Shown piece after piece: positions 1 to 9,479 of a DNA stretch of 64,000 bases. This DNA comes from Limnochordia bacterium (GTDB lineage Bacteria; Bacillota; Limnochordia; DUMW01). The notes beneath the pieces were generated by a model, which did not search any database, was not told the origin of the DNA, and worked only from the letters and a program-made list of their open reading frames with translations. Location of the stretch: assembly GCA_023230925.1 (NCBI GenBank), contig JALNWK010000001.1, positions 34,781 through 98,780 of the forward strand, read 5' to 3'. Each line of letters begins with the position of its first letter. Position 1 is the stretch's first letter. The position numbers were made by a program, and so were the translations under genes.

Positions 1-681
1 ATTACCCATTATTATAACGGTATTTGCTCCCTAGAAGATATTAGCCTAAAGATCGACAAGGGTGAATATGTGGGGCTAGTGGGGCCTAACGGGTCAGGGA
101 AAACAACCTTGATCAAGATCGCCTTAGGACTGATTAAGCCAGTTGCCGGCAAGGTGGAGGTTTGGTCCGATGCTCCTGAAAAGACGCGAAGGAAATATGT
201 AGGATACCTACCCCAGGATGCTGTCAACTTCAATCCCCTGTTTCCGGCAACGGTGGAAGAGGTGATCCGTAGCGGGTTGGTGGGAATGGATCAATCCGTA
301 GGAGAAGATGTTCTGTCGGTGATGGAGGGGCTTCACTTGATGGATCTAAGGAAAAGACCCATTGGACACCTCTCAGGCGGACAAAAACAACGGGTGCTCA
401 TTGCCCGGACACTGGTTCGTAAACCCCAGTTTTTACTCCTAGACGAGCCCACTGCCGCGGTGGATTTCCGTGTGCAAGAGGAACTAATGGAGATGCTTTG
501 CCGATTGAACGAGGAAAGAGGCATGACCATTCTAATGAGTGGCCATGACCTAAACCAGCTTCTTAAATACACGAAGCGTCTGATCTGTGTTAATGTACGG
601 TTGATCTATGACGGTAGTACCCAGGGACTCTCCCCGGAGGAGCTCATAGCTACCCTGTTCACAGGTTCATGTAAACCCTAG
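1..681 (+). CDS. znuC: Metal (Zn/Mn) ABC transporter ATP-binding protein. The 5' end is missing: the reading frame is open from base 1.
   Basis: Walker A GPNGSGKTT, ABC signature LSGGQKQR and Walker B LLLDEP are present. It is followed by a ZnuB-like permease and a Fur-family regulator. Confidence 0.8.
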   Translation: MTHYYNGICSLEDISLKIDKGEYVGLVGPNGSGKTTLIKIALGLIKPVAGKVEVWSDAPEKTRRKYVGYLPQDAVNFNPLFPATVEEVIRSGLVGMDQSVGEDVLSVMEGLHLMDLRKRPIGHLSGGQKQRVLIARTLVRKPQFLLLDEPTAAVDFRVQEELMEMLCRLNEERGMTILMSGHDLNQLLKYTKRLICVNVRLIYDGSTQGLSPEELIATLFTGSCKP

Positions 682-698
682 GAAAAGGACGGAAAACA

Positions 699-1523
699 GT
701 GAGTTTGTTCATGGAGATGTTTAGTTATTCATTTATGCAAAGGGCACTGATCGCTGGACTCTTTGTCGGTATTAGTTGTCCGGTGATTGGTGTGTTTCTC
801 ATCTTGCGCCGGATGCCCTTTTTGGGCAATACCATCGGTCATGTAGCCTTTACCGGTGTTGCCTTTGGACTACTCATTGGTGCTAACCCATTGGGAATGG
901 CGCTGGTGGCAGCTTGCCTTACCGGTATCGGTATTGAGCGACTGGGTAAAATGTATGCGACCTTTGCGGAACTTAGCACTGCATTGGTCTTGGCCCTTGC
1001 CCTCTCCCTAGGCATTGTTTTTATCGGATTGGGTAAAGGATTCGGTGTTAATGTTATGGGTTACCTATTCGGGAGCATTCTCACCGTCTCTTCGGTTGAA
1101 CTGTGGTTCATCGCAGGGTTGGCCTTGATTAGTCTCGCCTTTGTCCTCCTATTCTACCTGCCCTTGTTCGCCATAGCTTTCCATGAGGAGTCCGCTAGGG
1201 TCTTAGGGATTCGGGTGGATTTGCTTAATCTCTCCTTGAATGTTATTGTGGCCTTGGTTACTGCTGCGGCATTGCGCATAGTGGGAGTATTCCTAGTTTC
1301 TGCCCTCTTGATCTTACCTGCTGCGGCTGCAATCAAAGTAGCTACGAGCTTTCGCCAAGCACTCATCCTAAGTGCCCTCTTTGGTCTTGTTTCTGTGTTT
1401 GGTGGCTTGGTATTCTCCTATGTATTTAACTTGGCAGCCGGGGGGGCCATTGGTATTGTAGCGGGGCTGGTGCTGATCGTCGCCCTTGTGTTCTCCGCAA
1501 ACCGGAAGGTAGGGAATAGCTGA
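699..1523 (+). CDS. znuB: Metal ABC transporter permease (ZnuB/MntC family).
   Basis: 274 aa, hydrophobic throughout, with a typical ABC-3 family N-terminus (FMQRALIAGL...). It sits between the metal ABC ATPase and the Fur-like regulator. Confidence 0.8.
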   Translation: MSLFMEMFSYSFMQRALIAGLFVGISCPVIGVFLILRRMPFLGNTIGHVAFTGVAFGLLIGANPLGMALVAACLTGIGIERLGKMYATFAELSTALVLALALSLGIVFIGLGKGFGVNVMGYLFGSILTVSSVELWFIAGLALISLAFVLLFYLPLFAIAFHEESARVLGIRVDLLNLSLNVIVALVTAAALRIVGVFLVSALLILPAAAAIKVATSFRQALILSALFGLVSVFGGLVFSYVFNLAAGGAIGIVAGLVLIVALVFSANRKVGNS

Positions 1524-1948
1524 TGGTGGATGTGCTAGATAGTGTTTTCTCCAAGTTGAAGAGCATGGGGTATCGGATTACAAACCAGCGAAAGTATATC
1601 CTAGAAGTGTTGGCAAAGACCAAGGGTAAACTGACTGCCCAAGAGGTGCATGAGAGGGTTAGTGCCTATTTACCCCAGGTCAGCTTGGATACCGTGTACC
1701 GCAATCTTACCCTTTTAGGGGAACTGGGGATAGTTGATCAAATGTACCTGGGGGATAAGGTAGCACGCTTTGTTCTTCAGTCCAGTAAGGAGCATCACCA
1801 TCACTTGGTCTGTGTGCGGTGCGGACGTTTTTGCTGTGTAGATATTTGCCCGATGGAAGATTTGATCGCCAAAGTGGCCAAGGAGCAGGGCTTTGAGGTC
1901 ACAGGTCATTCCTTTGAGGTCTATGGTGTATGTGCAGATTGTAGATGA
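1523..1948 (+). CDS. zur: Fur-family transcriptional regulator, probably Zur.
   Basis: 141 aa with a Fur-family DNA-binding N-terminus, an HHHH stretch and a C-terminal CxxC...CxxC motif. Its start overlaps the znuB stop as ATGA, consistent with translational coupling. Confidence 0.75.
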   Translation: MVDVLDSVFSKLKSMGYRITNQRKYILEVLAKTKGKLTAQEVHERVSAYLPQVSLDTVYRNLTLLGELGIVDQMYLGDKVARFVLQSSKEHHHHLVCVRCGRFCCVDICPMEDLIAKVAKEQGFEVTGHSFEVYGVCADCR

Positions 1949-1949
1949 A

Positions 1950-1975
1950 GTGGGAGCAATGCTCCCACCTTTTTA
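1950..1975. terminator. Bidirectional intrinsic terminator between the convergent zur and Gfo/Idh/MocA genes.
   Basis: Hairpin GTGGGAG-caatg-CTCCCAC followed by CTTTTT on the plus strand. It overlaps the stop of the minus-strand gene. Confidence 0.55.
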
Positions 1976-2953
1976 ACGTTTTATGGGCTGGTTAAGTTTT
2001 GTAGATAACTGAGCACACAGGGCCCACCGGGTTGTCTCAAAGATATCCCAAGCCTGGATGGGAGCAGGAGCCTGGCCTTTAAGGTAGGCTGCGAACCTGG
2101 TAAACATCGAGGTATCATCATCAAAGTGGGCTGTTGGCGGACTGTCGGTGACCAGTTCAAAGAAACCCTCATCAAGTCTTGCTTCAACGCTACCTTTGGT
2201 TCCGACGATGCGAAGTCGATCATCCCCATGGGTCCTGGCGGAAAGGGGACGGAAAAAGTCATAGGAGATAACTGCGCTGCCGCCTTGTACAAACTCAAAC
2301 TGCAATGTGCCTGAGCTATCCAGATTAGGATAGTCCGGTAGGAGGTTCTGGGAGTGGGCTTGGACCTGGGAGAACTCCTTCCCGGTAACATACCTAGTCC
2401 AATCAATGGCATGGATGGCCACCCACAGGATAGTACCACCGTACAGGAGTGGGTCGTTGTACCAGGAAGGGCGACGACCGAACCTATAGGTTTTTTGGCC
2501 ATAGGCGAGGGCTACTTCACCGATTGCCCCCTGGTGTATGAGTACCTTTGCCTGCTGTACCAAAGGATGGGTCCTGGTATCTAGCATACATCCGAAGGGG
2601 AGCTCATACTCGGTAACAAGACGCTCCAAAAGCTCTAGTTCCTCGAGACTGGTTGCAACGGGTTTTTCGCAATAGATCCCGATACCCCTCTTGGCTGCCT
2701 GAAGACAAATGCTCCCATGGAGACCGTAAATGGCATCAACAATGAGCAGATCCAGCTCCTGCTCCAAAAGCTCCTCGATGGAAACACAAGTCCTTGTATG
2801 GTTTTGGAAAGCTGGGTGTTTATGCGCTCTGGCGGTCTCTTCGAGAGGGTGAGTTTTGGCAAAGCCAACTAAGCGAAGCTCTGGATCCTTGGCAATTACA
2901 TCTAAGGCCGAACTATAGTGACCCGAACAACCCGCAAGACCGATTCTAATCAT
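1973..2953 (-). CDS. Gfo/Idh/MocA-family NAD(P)-dependent oxidoreductase.
   Basis: N-terminal Rossmann motif MIRIGLAGCSGHYSS, 326 aa. It is the last gene of a three-gene minus-strand operon. Confidence 0.8.
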   Translation of the reverse strand: MIRIGLAGCSGHYSSALDVIAKDPELRLVGFAKTHPLEETARAHKHPAFQNHTRTCVSIEELLEQELDLLIVDAIYGLHGSICLQAAKRGIGIYCEKPVATSLEELELLERLVTEYELPFGCMLDTRTHPLVQQAKVLIHQGAIGEVALAYGQKTYRFGRRPSWYNDPLLYGGTILWVAIHAIDWTRYVTGKEFSQVQAHSQNLLPDYPNLDSSGTLQFEFVQGGSAVISYDFFRPLSARTHGDDRLRIVGTKGSVEARLDEGFFELVTDSPPTAHFDDDTSMFTRFAAYLKGQAPAPIQAWDIFETTRWALCAQLSTKLNQPIKR

Positions 2954-2968
2954 GGGTATATCTCCTTG

Positions 2969-3655
2969 CTAGTTACTATGATCTGGTATGAAAGGCATAA
3001 TTTTCTGTGCTAGGTTAATTACGGGCATCGTCTGCAGCCAGACTCGTCCGGGGCCCCGCAGGACTGCAAAGAAGTACTCACCGCCAAAAAACCAGTTGGA
3101 AAGCCCCTTGACCATCTCCACATCAAAACTAACCGAAGGTTCAAAAATGGCCACATGGCCAGTATCCACCTTGATTACTTCTCCTGGTTCTAGGTTCCTC
3201 TCTATGACCTCTCCATCAATCTCAAGGAATGCTAGTCCTGGTCCGGTTAGGGTTTGCAGGATGAAACCTTCTCCCCCAAAGAGCCCACCGGCCAATTTTT
3301 TCCGAAAGTGCATATCAAGTTTAACCGTGTCTTCGCTGCACAAAAAGGCGCCCTTTTGACAGACTACCTGTTGTCCGGGCTGCAAATGTAAAGGAACGAT
3401 GTTTCCTGGAAAACCAGCGGAGAAAGCAATTTGCCCTTCATATCCTGCACAGGTATAGCGGGTAAGGAACATGGACTCACCGGAGAAGGCTCGTTTTAGT
3501 CCGCCGAATAGGCCACCAGACATATTCGTCTCCATGCGGAAATTGTCCGTCATCCAAGTCATGCCCCCGGCTTGGGTAACCACGGTTTCACCGGAGGTCA
3601 GTTTCAGGGTGACCGCCTGCATCACTTTTCCACTGATTTCGTACTCCATATGCAT
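2969..3655 (-). CDS. AIM24/TIGR00266-family protein (DUF124).
   Basis: 228 aa with characteristic motifs: LSGGLFGG, GGLFGGEGF, LRGPGRVWLQTMP. Confidence 0.65.
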   Translation of the reverse strand: MHMEYEISGKVMQAVTLKLTSGETVVTQAGGMTWMTDNFRMETNMSGGLFGGLKRAFSGESMFLTRYTCAGYEGQIAFSAGFPGNIVPLHLQPGQQVVCQKGAFLCSEDTVKLDMHFRKKLAGGLFGGEGFILQTLTGPGLAFLEIDGEVIERNLEPGEVIKVDTGHVAIFEPSVSFDVEMVKGLSNWFFGGEYFFAVLRGPGRVWLQTMPVINLAQKIMPFIPDHSN

Positions 3656-3670
3656 CTTCCCTTCTAAAAG

Positions 3671-4561
3671 TTAAGACATGAGAATAGGCAGAACTTGTTG
3701 CATTGCCCTTACTTGAACAGGACCTGATAATTCTACGGGATTGCCATCTATCTGGGCCGTCATGGGTCTTTGTACCAAGAGGGTCACCTGCGCCGCTTTT
3801 TTTTGCACTAATCCCTTTGGGATTGAACCAGCTCGGGCCTCTAGTAGTAGCGTGGCCACATCCAGTTTTGACATGCAAGGAATCACATTGATCTCCAGGA
3901 GTCCATCGGTTAGATCCGCCGTAGGATTCACAGGCATTGTAGCATAAAAGGGTAGATTACCCACAGCAAACAGCCAAATGCTATCCAAATCTTCTCTGCT
4001 CCCATCGATCTCCACACAAAGATCAAATGGAGTAAAACTCGACCAGCAATCCACGATAGAATGTAAGTAGCCTAACTTTCGTAGTTTTCTTAGTCTTGGG
4101 GATTGGTAGACTTGTTTGGCCACGTAGGCATCTAGTCCCACACCAAAATAATTCAGGGCATAATGGACGTTATTCTGATGAACGATTTGCATGACATCCA
4201 GTGCCTTGGTTTTGCCGGAGAGCAAATTGCGATATGCTTGCTTAGCATTCAAAGAGGGGTCAATGGTACGGGCTAGGTCATTACCGGTACCGGCTGGGAC
4301 AATGGCCATCGGTATCTTACAGTGACGTTCCATGATCACCTGGAGTGTTTCATTTATGGTGCCGTCTCCACCGATGATGGCTAATCGATCAATATTTTGG
4401 TCTAGCAGTCTGGATACCACCCGGGGTACTTGGCCGGGACTACTTGTTTTATAGGCGCAATAGTTGAGTTGATCGTGTTTGACGAGGGGCCGAATGGCTT
4501 CCCATACTTTTTGGCCTTGTCCGCCGCCGGATGAAGGGTTAATCAAAAAACCAATTTTCAT
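3671..4561 (-). CDS. Diacylglycerol kinase catalytic-domain lipid kinase (YegS/DagK-like).
   Basis: MKIGFLINPSSGGG and IIGGDGTINE motifs. I moved the start to the internal ATG at 4561 (MKIGF); the ORF track extends to 4615. Confidence 0.75.
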   Translation of the reverse strand: MKIGFLINPSSGGGQGQKVWEAIRPLVKHDQLNYCAYKTSSPGQVPRVVSRLLDQNIDRLAIIGGDGTINETLQVIMERHCKIPMAIVPAGTGNDLARTIDPSLNAKQAYRNLLSGKTKALDVMQIVHQNNVHYALNYFGVGLDAYVAKQVYQSPRLRKLRKLGYLHSIVDCWSSFTPFDLCVEIDGSREDLDSIWLFAVGNLPFYATMPVNPTADLTDGLLEINVIPCMSKLDVATLLLEARAGSIPKGLVQKKAAQVTLLVQRPMTAQIDGNPVELSGPVQVRAMQQVLPILMS

Positions 4562-4762
4562 AGGATCTGGGCGACGGAACCTGTCGCCACACCGCCTTTC
4601 GCAGACTCTTCTCAAAGTAAGGCCCCCAACTCTCCGTGAAAGCTGAGAGCCCCATCTACTATATATATTCGACTACAAGTAGAAAATCCTTCTAATATCC
4701 ATTTTGATGGGCTATAATGATACTGCAGCCTACATGTTACGTGATGTCAGGGAGGTTATCCT

Positions 4763-5818
4763 ATGAGGCGGCTTTATCCTTTTACATTCATACCGGTATA
4801 CAAGGAACGGATTTGGGGCGGAACGGGGCTTTCTAAGTACCGGGCTACGCTCCCTGGGGGAAACATCGGGGAAAGTTGGGAGATCTCTGCCCATGCCCAT
4901 GGCGCAAGTGTAGTTGCCAGTGGTCCCCTGAAGGGTGAGCCTTTAGATAAGTTAGCAGCAACATACCCAAAGGAACTCCTAGGTCAAATGGGGGGCTCCT
5001 TTCCCTTATTGCTTAAACTTATTTCTGCCCGAGACACCTTATCTGTGCAGGTGCACCCTGGAGATCATTATGCGCAAAGCCATGAAAACGGCAGCTTGGG
5101 GAAGCATGAATTATGGTACATCCTTGAGGCCGAGGATGATGCTTGGATCATCTATGGGTTGAAATCAGGGGTGTCGAAGGGTGACTTTCAACAAGCGATT
5201 GAACAGGGTGAAGTAACTAAGACACTGCAAAAAGTAACAGTTCAAGCGGGAGACGTCTTCGATATCCCACCGGGGCTTGTACATGCCCTTGGCCCAGGGG
5301 TAACCCTTGCAGAAATTCAGCAAAGCTCCGATATTACCTACCGAGTATATGATTGGGATCGGGTAGGTGCCGATGGCAAGCCTAGAGAGCTGCACATCGA
5401 AAAGGCCCTGGACGTGATCGACTTTGCTTTAAAACCCCAGCAAGCCTCCTCCGGCCTGTCTATGGAAAAACCAGGGGGAAGGGTGAATATCCGGGCGGCA
5501 AATCAATATTTCGCAGTGGAACAAATAGCCTGCCATGGGCAGATGAATTTAGTGGAGTCAACCCCCCGTTTCTCGATCTATTTTGTCCTAAGGGGAATGG
5601 CTAATCTAACCTGGAAGGAAGGGGAGACCCAGTTGAAGGTTGGTGATACCGTCTTGGTTCCGGCCGCTGTAGAGGAGTATGTCTTACAAGGGGATGGGGA
5701 CCTATTGCGGTTTTACGTGCCGGATTTGATTCGGGATATCCTATTACCTTTGAAGGATGCGGGATGGAACAAGACGGAAATAGCCGCATCCATCGCGGGT
5801 ATTTCCGCCTACCTGTGA
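4763..5818 (+). CDS. manA: Mannose-6-phosphate isomerase, class I (Bacillus Pmi/ManA type).
   Basis: Close resemblance to B. subtilis ManA/Pmi across FxPxYKERIWGG, VHPxDxYA and ELWYI. RBS GGGAGG lies 7 nt upstream of the ATG. Confidence 0.85.
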   Translation: MRRLYPFTFIPVYKERIWGGTGLSKYRATLPGGNIGESWEISAHAHGASVVASGPLKGEPLDKLAATYPKELLGQMGGSFPLLLKLISARDTLSVQVHPGDHYAQSHENGSLGKHELWYILEAEDDAWIIYGLKSGVSKGDFQQAIEQGEVTKTLQKVTVQAGDVFDIPPGLVHALGPGVTLAEIQQSSDITYRVYDWDRVGADGKPRELHIEKALDVIDFALKPQQASSGLSMEKPGGRVNIRAANQYFAVEQIACHGQMNLVESTPRFSIYFVLRGMANLTWKEGETQLKVGDTVLVPAAVEEYVLQGDGDLLRFYVPDLIRDILLPLKDAGWNKTEIAASIAGISAYL

Positions 5819-5821
5819 AGG

Positions 5822-7162
5822 CTATTCTCTCTCTGAGATATTCACGTACCTATTGCCGATGGGGCCTGAGTAAACGGCCCGGGGTCGGAAAATCCGATTA
5901 TTCTCCAAGTACTCAAGGCAGCGAGCCACCCAGCCAACAACACGGCTGACAGCGAAAATAGGAGTGAACATGGCAGGATCAAAACCAAGCCCCTTATAGA
6001 TTAGACCGGAATAGAAGTCAACGTTAGGGAAGATCCTCTTTTCATTGCCGAGTTCCTTAACTACAGTCTCCTCCAGCTTCAGCGCGGTTTCATATAGAAC
6101 TGTGATGTCGGGATTGTCCTTGGTCACCAACTCTGCCAATGGTTTAAGCACTCGAGCCCGGGGATCATAGGTTTTGTAGACCCGATGGCCGAATCCCATG
6201 ATCTTCCTTTTTTCCGCCCGGGCCTTGGCGAACCACTCCTCTACGTTTTCAGGCCCTCCGATTTCCTCGAGCATATAAATGACTTCTTCGTTGGCCCCTC
6301 CGTGTAACGGTCCGCTTAAGGCACCCATGCCTGCACCTACACAGTGGAACATATCCGACTGCGTAGAAGCTACCAACATCGCTGCAAAGGTCGAAGCGTT
6401 CATACCGTGGTCCATGTGTAGGATGAGACTAATATCCATTAATCGTTCTGCCTGCTTACTTGGTCGCTGACCTGTTGTCATATAAAGGAAGTTGGCTGCG
6501 TAGCCCAGATCAGGATCTGGTTCGATCGGCAGTCTACCTTGACGGATCCGGGCGATCGCTGCGGTAATGGTTCCAAGACCGGCCACGATCTGGTAGGAGA
6601 TATTGAGGATATCCTCTCGATTACTTCTCGTCTTGTATTCTAGTTGCTCTCCGTTTGCACTGATTTCTGCTACCGTATCTGCGTCTGTATCCACAGGAGT
6701 TGGTGGTCTATCGGGAGGGGCCCCCTTGGTAATAATGGTGCGCATTGCGTCCAGTCCCATACGCAAAGCTACCATTGGTGTGTATTGCTCCAAGGGCAAG
6801 CTAGATATCGTACGTGTGGTTTTAGGCAGTTCTCGATAGGCTACCAGCTTCTTACTGAACTCTGCGAGTTCTTGCTCGTTTGGCAAATGACCGTGAATGA
6901 CCAAATATGCAGTTTCTTCAAAGGTTGAGTAAGCCGCAAGATCAAATACGTCATAGCCTCGGTACACTAAACGGCCTTCAGCACCGTTGACGTAACCGAT
7001 TTTTGTTTCACAGGCAATGGCTCCTTCAAGGCCACGATCGATGGTGCAGGTAACAGGCCACTCTACTGGTTTTAGCAAAGCTGCTTCTTTGCTTCTATCT
7101 GGTTGTTTGATATCACCCATCGAATCTTTAAGGAGTCTTGCAGTTTTTTTAATAATCGCCAT
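5822..7162 (-). CDS. Citrate synthase (citrate/2-methylcitrate synthase family).
   Basis: RGLEG near the N-terminus and the GFGHRVYK catalytic His motif. At 446 aa it has N-terminal and internal extensions relative to Bacillus CitZ, so the exact start is uncertain. Confidence 0.8.
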   Translation of the reverse strand: MAIIKKTARLLKDSMGDIKQPDRSKEAALLKPVEWPVTCTIDRGLEGAIACETKIGYVNGAEGRLVYRGYDVFDLAAYSTFEETAYLVIHGHLPNEQELAEFSKKLVAYRELPKTTRTISSLPLEQYTPMVALRMGLDAMRTIITKGAPPDRPPTPVDTDADTVAEISANGEQLEYKTRSNREDILNISYQIVAGLGTITAAIARIRQGRLPIEPDPDLGYAANFLYMTTGQRPSKQAERLMDISLILHMDHGMNASTFAAMLVASTQSDMFHCVGAGMGALSGPLHGGANEEVIYMLEEIGGPENVEEWFAKARAEKRKIMGFGHRVYKTYDPRARVLKPLAELVTKDNPDITVLYETALKLEETVVKELGNEKRIFPNVDFYSGLIYKGLGFDPAMFTPIFAVSRVVGWVARCLEYLENNRIFRPRAVYSGPIGNRYVNISERE

Positions 7163-7508
7163 GCGTTGTTATCTGCCTCCGTTCAACAAAACTATTGTTA
7201 TTCCAAGAACTAAATGCTAGATCTTAATCTACATATATTCGACAAATCCTGGGAGATTCCTGCGCCCGGTAACCGCCCACCTCGGTCTAGGCCCCCAAAC
7301 GAACCGTAACCGCGGGTATCGTTCCAAGCCCATTCATGCAATCCGCACTTGGGATAATGAGGAATATGGCCCCGGTGGCAAGGTGGCGTATCTACCAACC
7401 AACCCCTAGTCTTAGAAAAGCCCCTTGAAACCTGTGGAGATCACGATGGTCACCGTTCATTGCTCTTTGGAACGTTGCTCGAAGTCTAAGGCCAAAGCCG
7501 AGCTTTTG

Positions 7509-8099
7509 TCAAAGATCGGCTTCGACGAGTCTTTTAATAATGATTTCCTGCAAAGGACGCTTTGGTACGTAGTGGATTTGATGACTATCCCGCCAATACT
7601 TAATATCTCCTTGGGTGGTGGTTAGGGTAACTTGCTCTATGGGTTTGCCCAGTGCAATGACTAACAACACTTCGTACTGATCCGGGATCTGCAGGATATC
7701 CTTTAGGGTTTTTCTATCCACTGAACCAATGATACAGCCCCCATAACCAAGTTCCACCGCCTGGAGCAAAATGCTCTGAGCTGCGATACCGTGATCACAG
7801 CCAAAGGAAGTGGATATTTCCCTGTCACCTAAGATAACAATATATGCTGTGGGGCGTTCACCTTCAGCAGGTCCCGGCCAATCCTTCAAATATCCCGCCC
7901 ATGCTAACGTTGAAAACACCTGTGGGTTCAGGTCCCTTTGATTGCAGAGGACATACTTAAGTGGTTGTTTGTTCGCCGCCGAGGGGGACAAGCGGGCCGC
8001 TTCGATCATCTGCTCCAATTCCCCATAGCAGATATCTTGAGTTTCATCAAAACGACGGTAACTACGATTACGTCGGACTAGATCGCCAAACATCCCCAT
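7509..8099 (-). CDS. Nitroreductase-family protein.
   Basis: 196 aa with N-terminal RRSxRxF...AARLSPSAxNxQP, typical of NfsB-like nitroreductases. Confidence 0.75.
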   Translation of the reverse strand: MGMFGDLVRRNRSYRRFDETQDICYGELEQMIEAARLSPSAANKQPLKYVLCNQRDLNPQVFSTLAWAGYLKDWPGPAEGERPTAYIVILGDREISTSFGCDHGIAAQSILLQAVELGYGGCIIGSVDRKTLKDILQIPDQYEVLLVIALGKPIEQVTLTTTQGDIKYWRDSHQIHYVPKRPLQEIIIKRLVEADL

Positions 8100-8255
8100 A
8101 CCTCCTTCAGATTCCTATGTTATCCTAAGGATAGCACACGCTTAGGGGAGCTGCCAAGGTAAAGGTGATCTTGGCCTATTCGACGGAAGATGAAGGAGTA
8201 CGTTTCATCTTGGCGAAACTAACTAATGCAAGACCTAAGCTAAAGGGGGATTTCT

Positions 8256-9245
8256 GTGTCACGTTATAGAGTTGGTGTAGTAGGACTGGTGCATGGACAT
8301 ATTTGGGGATTGATTAAACAGTGGAATGAGGATCCCCGGGCAGAACTAGTAGCTGTGGCGGAGCCTGAACCCAAGTTACTGGAACAGGCTAGCTCATACG
8401 GAATCCCAAAGTATTACTCTTCATGGCGAGAGATGCTAGAAAAGGAGAAGCTGGATATTCTCCAACTGGGCAACGAAAACAGTGCGGGGGCTGAAGTGGT
8501 AGAAGCCGCTGCGGCTTTAGGGATTCATTGCATTCTAGAGAAACCAATGGCGGCAACATATGACCAAGCCAAGAGTATGCATGACGCGTGTGCTAAAGCA
8601 TCGGTTCAGTTGATGGTCAACTGGTGGACGAATTGGGTGCCAGCGATCTATTGGTCTATGGAGATGGCTAAAGCACAGAAGATTGGACAGATCACACAGA
8701 TCGCCTTTCGATTAGGTCATGCCGGACCGAAGGAGATTGGTTGCTCCCCGTATTTCTACAATTGGCTCTATGACCCGAAGAAAAATGGTGCGGGAGCTTA
8801 CATGGATTTCTGCTGCTACGGTGCCGCGGTATGTGCATGGGTTTTGGGAGAAGCCACGGAATGTCTCGGTGTGGCCGCGCGTTTGGCCAAGGATTACCTA
8901 CACACAGATGATAATGGAATTCTGATCTTGAAGTATCCTACGGCCCTAGGACTCTGTGAGGGAACATGGACCCAGATTGGCCCCGAACCGAAGGGAAACC
9001 CCGTCTTTTACGGAACCGAAGGGACCCTGAAGGTTGTTGATGGCAAGATTCATTGGTATAAACCAAGAACCAGTACACCGGAGATTATTGAACCCGATCC
9101 CCTGCCAACAGGTATGACTAATGCGGTTGATTACTTCCTCACTTGTCTAGAACAAGGTAAGCCTATCGATGGCATGTGCAGTGCCAAGGTGGGTCTCATG
9201 GCTCAGGCAATGCTGCAAAAGGGTCTTGACTCCATGGATAGCTAA
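8256..9245 (+). CDS. Gfo/Idh/MocA-family oxidoreductase.
   Basis: VGVVGLVHGH Rossmann start, 329 aa. Confidence 0.8.
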   Translation: MSRYRVGVVGLVHGHIWGLIKQWNEDPRAELVAVAEPEPKLLEQASSYGIPKYYSSWREMLEKEKLDILQLGNENSAGAEVVEAAAALGIHCILEKPMAATYDQAKSMHDACAKASVQLMVNWWTNWVPAIYWSMEMAKAQKIGQITQIAFRLGHAGPKEIGCSPYFYNWLYDPKKNGAGAYMDFCCYGAAVCAWVLGEATECLGVAARLAKDYLHTDDNGILILKYPTALGLCEGTWTQIGPEPKGNPVFYGTEGTLKVVDGKIHWYKPRTSTPEIIEPDPLPTGMTNAVDYFLTCLEQGKPIDGMCSAKVGLMAQAMLQKGLDSMDS

Positions 9246-9479
9246 TTATTCACGGGGCATTCCTTGCGTTTATAGCGAGGAGATGCCCCTTTCCCAAAGA
9301 ACCAACTTTCCCTGTAAACCAGTATTATTCCGCATTGTAGGCCTCTTTATAGTCTCCGATGAATGGGTGATGGAGCCGAGCACGGTGAACATAGTCACGG
9401 AGATATCCAGGCAGATGCTCTTGCTGTTTTTCTTTTCCGCTGAGGCTCATGCTTGGGGACTTTAGGTTTTTAATCCTGG

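Noticed and set aside
4616-4762. Clear sigma-A promoter for manA in the divergent intergenic region.
   Set aside because: A TATAAT is present near 4717, but no acceptable -35 sits at 16-19 nt spacing, so no confident promoter was called.
7210-7398. 62-aa Gly/His-rich ORF between the citrate synthase and nitroreductase genes.
   Set aside because: It has only a TTG start, with the putative RBS directly abutting it. It has no internal Met and no recognisable family. It is more likely the untranslated promoter region of the citrate synthase gene.
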